This document shows positions 55,531-64,000 of a stretch of 64,000 nt of DNA, piece by piece. The stretch is taken from positions 65,716-129,715 of IMG/VR virus record IMGVR_UViG_3300044712_000833; one strand, written 5' to 3'. The DNA is from a virus. Within the stretch, counting starts at the first letter, position 1, and each line of letters begins with the position of its first letter. The notes below the pieces were generated by a model. It was not told the DNA's origin. It did no database searches and worked only from the letters and a program-made list of their open reading frames with translations. A program made the translations under genes and the position numbers.

Positions 55531-55656
55531 TTATGACCTATCTTGATTATTTCTTAGTTTTGATCTATGCTGGATAAATCTTTGATTAGGGTTTACACTT
55601 AGTCCTATATATTTCTTGCCATTAACTTTATTTTCAATACAATAAATTTCGCCCAT
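55531..55656 (-). pseudogene. truncated GIY-YIG endonuclease
   Basis: MGEIYCIENKVNGKKYIGLSVNPNQRFIQH, stop after 41 codons. Confidence 0.75.
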
Positions 55657-55659
55657 TGA

Positions 55660-55932
55660 TTACTTAATTCTCTTTCTTTCTCTTGCTATATCAGTAATTA
55701 AAGTTCCTTGTAAGTGATGACTCTCATGTTGTGCAATACGGGCAAGCATTCCAGATAATACAATCGACTTAGATTCTCCGTCAGATGACGTGTAATCTAA
55801 CGTAATAAAATTATGACGTTCAATAAGACATAGAAGATTAGGAATTGATCCGCATCCTTCCCAGTCCCACGATGTACCTTTGTCTTTGTGACGTTTGATT
55901 GTAGGATTGATAAAGGCTTGCCAAATTTCGCC
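55660..55932 (-). pseudogene. def: peptide deformylase C-terminal fragment
   Basis: Manual translation AFINP...EGCGSIP...ARIAQHESHHLQG; no start codon and motif I absent. Confidence 0.85.
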
Positions 55933-58900
55933 CTATGTAAAAGGCGAGTCGGTCTTCGGCGGTAATAGTTTTGATCCAGTCTTTACCTTTCAGAGTATAA
56001 CGAGATTTGAAAAGGTTAGGATAAATCATTATATCGTTATAATTACTTCAAAATTAGGTTTATCAGGCATGACTCGGTCAATTCCATATTTACGACTCGC
56101 ATAATCTAGAGTCTTATCGTACATTTCAATTGCAGATTCGTAATTATTAGCATATGCGTTAGGGCGAAACGTTTTTTCTACTGTTTGTCCTTCTATAATC
56201 CCCCCTACAATCCAGTCATATCCATATTCGCTTATATATAACTCACATTCTCCGCATTTTTCTTGATATAAAACTTTTCCGATTGTTTCCATGATTAACT
56301 CCTTGATTATTTATACTTCAATTATAGCAGAGAAAAATATAAATGTCAATGATTTTTTATTGCAGGTTCATTACAGAAAATTTGCCCTTATGAATTAAGT
56401 AAAATTTCCGGCATGAGTTCAGTCATTTTGTTATAAATCGTTTCCCACTCAATTTGATCTCCGCAATGAGTAAAAATAATATAACGTAAGAGAGACTGAA
56501 TAGATTTGTCTTGAATATTATAAAGTAAGTTAGACAACATAACTTTAATTTCAATATCTCGCACAGAATCTACTTTTTGAGGTTCAGGCATTCCTTCCCC
56601 CTTCCACATTTCAAGAATTTTAGAAGGATGAAAATTAATAAGTCCAAAAGAGTATTTTTTCTCAAGGATTTTCCAATCGTTTACGCTTAGAGAATTATGC
56701 CATTCGATAGCCTTATCAATTTCGTTTGTCATTTTAGACTCCTAGTTTCTTTGTTAAAAGTTCTTTATGGTTACTGTGAATAAGGTCATTTTGCAAGTCT
56801 TCAACAAGAGACTTTTTAAGGGCAATGCAAAACTTTTCGAAAACCTGTAAAATCTTTTCTACGTTCCCTTCAGCCTTACGAAAAGACAACTTGCGCCGAC
56901 CATAAGCAGAATATTTGTCTTCAGGCTTAAGCCAGTACGATTTATTGACATTTTCAATTAAGATAATTTCGGGCAATTCGGAGTCGATTGTAACATCTTT
57001 GGAAAATTCGCCCGATGGAGTCACAATGCGAAAGGTAATGTGTAGCATGTCATTATCCCAGTAACTCCTTGAGTTTTCTTCTTTTGATCCTGCCAAGAAA
57101 AGATTAACGTAAATGCTAGAATAAAAGCGAGAGTCAAATTTCGCAAACGCTTTACTATGTGGAAAGTGTTTATTATAAATTGACTCAAGGCTAGAGCATA
57201 ATTTAGATGTAATCATTGTGACTCCTTATTTATTTAAACCTGAGAAGGTAATGGAAGTTCAATTTTATTTAAGAGACAAAGTACCTTTTTTGCTTCCGCA
57301 AGATTTTTACCATCTGCAATTAATTCTCCATCTCCATTATCTGCAAAAATTTTAACTCCTTTGAATCCGCTTTTACTTTCAAAGTGTTCAATTTTTACAT
57401 TCCAGCCAGAATTAACAAACCGCGTAATAATGTCCATTTTTTTGATTTCCTTTTTTGTTATAACTAATTATACCCTATTTTGCCCCTAGAAATATTGCAA
57501 AATCATTACAAATTTTTATTTAAGATGTCTATGTAATCAAAACAAATTTTTTTGTAATTTTGGAATCCCCCTCGCATTGATAAAATAGAAAACTGAGTCA
57601 TTTGATGACTTGTAAACCCTTCAGCCAGCATAGCCCGCCAAACATAGCCACCCATAGCGGTAACAGAAGTTTGATCTACATTATCCAAAGAATATTTTTC
57701 CATAGTTGACTCCTTATAAAATGGCGATTTTATCCAAGTTATTTGGTATAAATCCTGAACCCATACCCCTGCTTTGTGGGTTCGGTAGTAAAATTAGACT
57801 TTACTTTGTTCCTAATAATCCCAAGATTACAAGAATTAATATAATCCTCTATAAATTTCTCTTGATATTCGGTAAATGGTTTTAAATTGCTGATGGGTCT
57901 AATATAAATATGACCCGTCAAAGCATGAATGATTTTTACAGGGAAAGGGAAAGATTCAGATTCTAATTTTGCGCCCATGTTATGACTCCTGATCCTGACT
58001 TTCGCCCATCAAATAATCATAGGCGGTTTTTGTGATAACATAAGAGTTCCGTTCAGCCCGCATTACGTAGACCGTCTTAAAGAATCCCTTTGCTAGATTT
58101 TCTTTATCTTGATTATATTTGATAACTTCAGGATGATTAGGATTACCAAACGGAAAATCCCAAGAGCGGCAAATCTGACGGAGTCGCTCCGCTTCTTTTT
58201 CTTCTTTGTTGTCATCCCGTACCGTTTCAATAGAAGGGCTATAACCTTCATTCTTAAGGGTCTCTAACCATTCCTTGACCGTCATTACTTTTTTATTGTG
58301 ACGGATAAGGGAATTTAAGTATTTTTCAGTCCGTGCCTTTTGCGCTTGAGTAATCATTACGACTCCTTGTTTGATACAATAATTATAACCCAATTTTGCC
58401 CCTAGAAACATTGCAAAAACGTTGCAATTATTTGATTTTTTCTATCTTTACACAGTCTCCGGTATAAAACCTATACCCCTTAACTCTTGATTTTCCCTTA
58501 GTAACCGTAATCATGGTCATTTTATCATCTGATTTTATTTCTACAACCTTACCAAAATCGGATGACTCCATAAGAAGAGAGTTATTAAAACTGTAAGTTA
58601 CTTTATCCCCTACCGCGATTCCTTCTAAATCCGATTGTTCTAAAATTACTTGGGGAAGGTCTAGTAATAATCCTGTTTTATGAAGTTCAGGAATATCTTT
58701 AGCGGGAACATAACACCAGTTCCCAAAATGAGAAGTTACCCTATAAGAATCTCTACTTATAATACCTTTTAATTCAATGTCTGAGATTTTTAAACCGACT
58801 TTCCCCAACTCCTCGGTTAAGACTTCTTCCATTGATTTATTTTCACTATAGGGAATATCGACTCGGATTGTTTTAATCATTTTTGAATACCTTTAAATCA

Positions 58901-61900
58901 CTTGAAAAATAGCATAATCCGACAACATGCCGCCGCCGATAATTTTAATGGCTTTTTCGTATTCGGGCATTGTTTTAATGTAATCTTCTGGACAAAGGTA
59001 CAAGAGTCTGTAATTATCTTTTGGCTTTTCCTCAAGATAATATGCAATTTGAATTGTGCCGCCTTTTAATGCCTCATGTTCGGATAATACCAGTTTCCCC
59101 TTATTTTCGCCCGATAAACTAAGGCGATTTTCAGGACGGACTCCGGTATTGAAGTACATTTTATAACCTTTATTTTCTTCCATGTTTGAATCTCCTGTAT
59201 AATTCAATTGTAGCACAATTTGAAAACAGAGTCAAGGAATTTTCGCCCTTTATTTTCCAGTATAACCCGAATCGTTTACAGATTCGCCCCGTGCTATTTT
59301 TGCATCCCGTAAATGGTAGGTAATCGCCCATGCAATAGCATCTAATTTTTTACGGGCTGAAGGGGTGTATAGATAGAATTGACCCCTTAACCGATTCTTT
59401 GGGTCTTCCTTGATTTTCTTTTCCATCTCTTGCAATTCTGCTATGGAGTATTTATTGTAGAGTTTCGCGGAGTCCATTATTCGACTCCACCGTAAAGAGG
59501 AAAATTTTCGCCCTTGAAAGTATCCCATAGTAAAAAGTCAATATACCCGTTTTCAACAATTGAATCAAGCGGGTTAACAATATGGTAATTATGAATGTTA
59601 GTCCATGCTCGCCCACGAAGAGTCACACTTTCATTATCTTCGATGGTTGAATCTTCACAGATTACCAAACATTGACTCATTTGCCCTAACTCATCGGCAT
59701 TACAAACATGCCAGCCATTACACCAGTAAGACTCGGTTAATTCAATAAATGCTTGGTCAGAATTCGGGGTATAACTTGTTAACATGTCTTCTTCATGGTC
59801 TTTTATAAACTGCAAAAAATCTGCCTGATTTTCAGCCGTTACACGCAAGACTCGCCCGTTATCGATAATTTCAAATTTTAGATTTTCTGTCATGATTGAC
59901 TCCTTATTCGCCTTGAATGAATTCGATTCGATTCGATTGTTTAGCGTCCTTAATCCATTCTTGCAATTCTTTTTTACTCACGTTTACATCAGGCAAAAGA
60001 ATATATGAGTTATTCAGGATAGCGGAGGGGATTTTATTACCATACTTGTAAACTGCCAAGATGACCCCGTTAAGGTCGTATTGTACAAAGATTGCAAGGC
60101 GATTCCCGTTGGAGTCATGACCTGCCTTAAGACATTGTACAAGAGTTAAAGGGTTTTCACTGATAAAACATTCCCCCATTTTTCGCCCTGCATTGTCTTC
60201 GATGTAATTAGTCCCTTTTTGGTAGACTCCAGCCGTGATTTTTGCGCCAACTGAATGAAGGGTATTCTCTAGGTCATCAGCCTGAGAAAAGAATTTATCA
60301 GTTAATTTAATGTTGTAATTCATTTTTGACTCCTTGTTTGTTGTACTTCTATTATACCAAATTTGCGCCAATGAAACATTACAAAATCATTGCAAAATTA
60401 ATCTGTTACTTTTCCATAGCCAACAATGTTAACTGCCTGTAAGATATTCAAGGGAGTCATATAATCGACAAGTGACTCCCAGCATGGAAAAGTCTTTAAC
60501 CAGTTCCCCGGTGAACCGTTTATATAATGGTATGCTATCCAATAGCGGGCGATTTTTGCCCCGTTAGATGAGCAGATTATACAGTGATGATTACCCGGAT
60601 TCTCGTGTATAAAGTTCATTGATTCAATCTCAGCCCGTGAAAAGTTTAACCCTTGACTTCTTGAGAGTTCCATTTTGTAATCCTATTCAGACAAAAGAGT
60701 CTTAATTTGAGATTCCAACTCTTCAATTGTACGGGCTGAAATAGTAAAAACAATCCCGCCGCCAAATTGTTTATTATGGAATTTTCGCCCACCGATTCTT
60801 TTAGCACGACTTAATGCAATTTTATATTGAATCGAAGTACTATTTAAACCATGCTTAAGGCTGAATTCTTGACTCTTCTCTTCAGGCTTAAGAAGGTTCA
60901 GAAAATGGCATACATGGCGAGAATGTCCCCATTGATTCGGTTTAACTTCAGTAAATTTAATCTCCATTTTATGACTCCTGTTTTGTTTTGTACAATACAA
61001 TTATAAACCAGTTTATCAACTAATGCAAGGGTTGAATCGTTGTAATTTCATTGCGATTTTCGCCCTATATATATTTAAGTATTACACATTAACGGGATTT
61101 TCAGGGTTAGTACTAAGTAATTTGATTCTTTCATTACGTTCATTGTAAGAGTCGGATAGTTCTTGAGCGTATTCGATACTACAACTACGGCATGAAGACA
61201 TATAAATTTCATTCCCTGCCACAACATTATAAAAATAATTTACTTCTTCTTTGCTATGCCACTTTTCGCATTTATAGCAGTAGAAACCAGATTCATTTTT
61301 TACTTTGAACGGATTGTATAATTTTTTATCTGTCATGGTTGAATCCTTAATTTTCGCCCGTTATTAGAACGGACATTCTGAATTCTGAAAAGACAATCCC
61401 ATGTGACTCCGTAAGTCTATAACTTCAGCGGGCGGCTCTTCTTTAGTCTCGTATGGATTCCCCTTTTCGTCTTCCACCATATACCACCGGATTCCCTCTT
61501 CATCATAATAGACTCCAGTATATTTATGACCGTCTTTTGTTTTCAGCCCCTCTAATCGTCCACTATATGACTCGGTCATTTTTGACTCCTTAAATTTGCG
61601 CCTATAATCCCATAAAATCAGGATTTTATTAATCGTTATTATGCCAGTAGTTATTATAACGACGTAAAGCATTAAGGGGCGTATACTCGGTATATGTTCG
61701 CCCGTTAATCATAACTTCATAGGTAGGATACAATCCTACCCCTCTATCAGTCGTCATATTAAGGGGAAGGATAATGTCATCAACCAAGTTATAATACTTG
61801 TCCGAATTATCACGAGTCACAATTTGATTATTATAATTTTCCCATGCCTGAGCCGCGTTTTTTGTGATTGACTCTAATTCAGTTGCCAAAATTTCAGGGT

Positions 61901-62096
61901 AATCACTAGCTACGATTTTAATATGTTCTGAAATACTCGATTCTTCAGTAAAAACGCCTCCGCACTTTTCGACGATTCGCTTAACTGCCTTTTGTAGGTT
62001 GTTCATTATAGACTCCTGTTTTTATTTTATTATATCATGACCTTATGAGAAGAGTCAAGGGTTGACTCGTGTCAATTTTGAATCCTCTTATAAAAC

Positions 62097-62115
62097 GGGG
62101 AGTCATTGACTCCCC
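62097..62115. terminator. GC-rich hairpin
   Basis: GGGGAGTCA-T-TGACTCCCC downstream of ORF 62121-62540. Confidence 0.6.
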
Positions 62116-62120
62116 TTGTG

Positions 62121-62540
62121 TTATTGAGATTCAAATTCCGCCTTAATGGACAATTCGCCCGGATCATTATTATCATTGTACAATTTGCAAATTTCGCGGG
62201 CGTGGAATATGTCTACACCTTCAGCGATGTATTTTTTATCGCCGGGATAATTTAATAATTCTCCCGTCTTTTCATCTCGCGTATACCATGATCGAATGAA
62301 TACATCATAAAACGGAGTCTCCTCTTCCTCTTCCTCTTCCATAAAGGTGCAACATTCACCCGCTAATTCTGAATCGGTATATTTTGATCCGCATTCTGAA
62401 CATGTGAAAATCTCATCCCATGACTCGGATTCAGGATTGTATTTTTTACCCTGATTTGGGCATCCAGACTCGTGACAAAAGACTCCGTTAATCACGGAGG
62501 GGTTGCATTGATTACATTTGATTTTAACTTTTGTTGTCAT
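62121..62540 (-). CDS. Cys-rich acidic hypothetical protein
   Basis: CNQC..INGVFCHESGCP, CSECG. Confidence 0.75.
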   Translation of the reverse strand: MTTKVKIKCNQCNPSVINGVFCHESGCPNQGKKYNPESESWDEIFTCSECGSKYTDSELAGECCTFMEEEEEEETPFYDVFIRSWYTRDEKTGELLNYPGDKKYIAEGVDIFHAREICKLYNDNNDPGELSIKAEFESQ

Positions 62541-63095
62541 TATTGACTCCTTTATTTTTACCTTGTAAAGATTGTATCAAAAGAAAAACAAAGAGTCAAG
62601 CGATTCAAGGTATCAATTTTAAATCTGTTATGAAATTAATATGATATTGCAATGTTTAAAACCTTGACAGAATCGCGATTCTCATGCCTGCCATTTTTTA
62701 CCGTCAAATTTCAATGATTCCCCTGAATCCGACCCCTACCCCATAAATCAATTAATGCGTATAACTACCTTAAAATATTCTGGTGGTATTGACAAAACAA
62801 TAATTATAGAGTAGCAATGGATTATTTTAGAATATACGTTCTATTGACGCGAGACTCTTTATTTGATAGAATGTTATAGTAGGAAAACATTTTAAAAAAT
62901 ATAGTAAATTTTTAGAACATAAATTCTAATTCGATTTTTTAAGGTTTATAGCCTTGCGCGAATTCGGAGTCAATTTTGCGTATATAATGAAGAGGGATTA
63001 TATTATATTGAAAGTGAAAATTGATACCCTTTTACCCTTGACTCTTGCGTGATTATCTGTATAATGTGGACATTCTAAAATATAAGGAGTCTAAA
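62541..63095. promoter_or_regulatory. divergent control region (strand switch) with several promoters
   Basis: No long ORF; TTGACG-17-TAGAAT at 62844-62872 and TTGACT-16-TATAAT from 63038 on +. Confidence 0.7.
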
Positions 63096-63326
63096 ATGTT
63101 ATATATCAGAACCAAAAAAGGATGGCTTGAGGAATTGCAAATAAATCTTTTTATTAAGTCATGTTTTGAATTATCAGATCAAATGTATAATTTTATTAAG
63201 AGACTTAAAAAAGATCAAATTAAAGACCTTGCAAATATTTTACGGTATGATAGCAAAGCGTCATTTGAAAGCGAATTAATATCACTAGGTTATAAAGGCG
63301 AATTAATTTATAAAGTTGTAAAATAA
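63096..63326 (+). CDS. hypothetical protein
   Basis: AAGGAG SD and ATG 63096 downstream of a promoter. Confidence 0.7.
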   Translation: MLYIRTKKGWLEELQINLFIKSCFELSDQMYNFIKRLKKDQIKDLANILRYDSKASFESELISLGYKGELIYKVVK

Positions 63327-63575
63327 ACGGAGTCACAATGCTTGAATTGAACTACTTAACATGGTTTATTATTTTTATTGTTGTGGGTTTAATAACTGTA
63401 ATCTTTGCAGGTGTAGCAAGGATTAAAAGGGACGGGTTAAGATCAACTAATACCACGTACATTGACTCGCCTTATAAAATAACAGGAAAAGACGATTGTA
63501 ACGCAGATTATTAACCCTTGACATATTTCAATAACTGATTTTATAATCAGAAAAAAAGACAAAAGGAGTCTTAAA

Positions 63576-63755
63576 ATGAACACAAAGGTTAACCGATACA
63601 ATCCCGAATCCGTAGCACTTGCGGAACTTCGCAAGGCTGAATCCCGTTGGATTAACATTAAACCAGATCAACCAGACCATGAAATTAAACAGGCATGGCG
63701 TAGGATGCAATCCGCTAAAAAGAATCTCAACATGATTCGCACTGGTAAAAAATAA
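63576..63755 (+). CDS. 59-aa hypothetical protein (below the ORF-track cutoff)
   Basis: TTGACA/TATAAT promoter 63518-63547, AAGGAG SD, MNTKVNRYNPE..., terminator after. Confidence 0.7.
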   Translation: MNTKVNRYNPESVALAELRKAESRWINIKPDQPDHEIKQAWRRMQSAKKNLNMIRTGKK

Positions 63756-63777
63756 GAGGGATTACAATTAAATAACG

Positions 63778-63810
63778 AAGACTCCCACTATGGGGAGTCT
63801 TTTTTATTTT
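63778..63810 (+). terminator. intrinsic terminator
   Basis: AAGACTCCC/GGGAGTCTT followed by a T-run. Confidence 0.8.
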
Positions 63811-64000
63811 AAGGCTGAATTTTCAAAACAGGATTCAAATTGAATTAATTTGAAAATAGGATAATCAAAGGGGATTCACTTTAGCCGTTCAAAAGGGGCA
63901 AAGATGAAAATATAATCATAACTTGAAAATTCTACGGCTCAGGACACGTAAAAATTGAAAATAGAATGAATGTTCTATAATGGATTTTTTAAGGTTGGGA

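Larger units (their letters stand above)
24..57733. repeat. Dispersed 18-bp palindrome ATAAAA-N6-TTTTAT at gene junctions (about 41 perfect and 9 one-mismatch copies)
   Basis: Read directly, e.g. 24-41, 4331-4348, 6290-6307, 21882-21899, 22764-22781, 28379-28396, 35010-35027, 47313-47330, 57716-57733. Confidence 0.95.
55021..60396 (-). promoter_or_regulatory. four copies of a ~46-bp promoter-like repeat with TATAAT and tandem TTGCAAT/TTGTAAT
   Basis: Copies begin at 55021, 57467, 58382 and 60351. Confidence 0.75.
50848..62160 (-). repeat. strand-polar heptamer GGGCGAA (TTCGCCC on +), about 23 copies
   Basis: Read directly, e.g. 50848, 51104, 52303, 53504, 55034, 57007, 59106, 60784, 62154. 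Confidence 0.85.

Noticed and set aside
754-56104. Many short plus-strand ORFs in the track
   Set aside because: They are antisense shadows of well-supported minus-strand genes, with no recognisable motifs.
24-57733. CRISPR array reading of the 18-bp repeat or of the 15.3-15.6 kb repeats
   Set aside because: Spacing is gene-sized or irregular, the repeats are not identical direct repeats, and no cas genes are present.
62318-62340. (CTCTTC)n tract
   Set aside because: It simply encodes a poly-Glu run in ORF 62121-62540.

Overview
Low-GC segment of a large tailed dsDNA bacteriophage genome. The host is possibly an Anaerolineae/Chloroflexota bacterium, which is an inference from the SSB sequence and SOS-box-like sites. 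Almost all genes are on the minus strand until a strand switch at about 62.6-63.0 kb. Contents: a replication/modification block (family B polymerase, DnaB-like helicase, Prim-Pol, SSB, Sak4-like ATPase, four DNA MTases, two Mom-like GNATs); a tRNA/ncRNA cluster at 12.1-15.6 kb with Hsp20 and a 637-aa TerD-like protein; a lone tyrosine recombinase; RNA repair/CCA enzymes; and a long run of small hypothetical genes. There are two main candidate undescribed systems. (1) About 50 copies of ATAAAA-N6-TTTTAT with variable 6-bp cores sit at gene junctions, which resembles a recombinase-driven gene-cassette array. (2) A promoter-driven array of four covarying RNA stem motifs lies directly upstream of the 637-aa gene, with one copy circularly permuted into the anticodon loop of a G3:U70 (Ala-identity) tRNA. 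Also noted: a tRNA-Arg with a displaced D-loop, strand-polar GGGCGAA and dense GAGTC sites in the right-hand region, and several frameshifted or fragmented genes. All counts were made by eye and no database searches were run.
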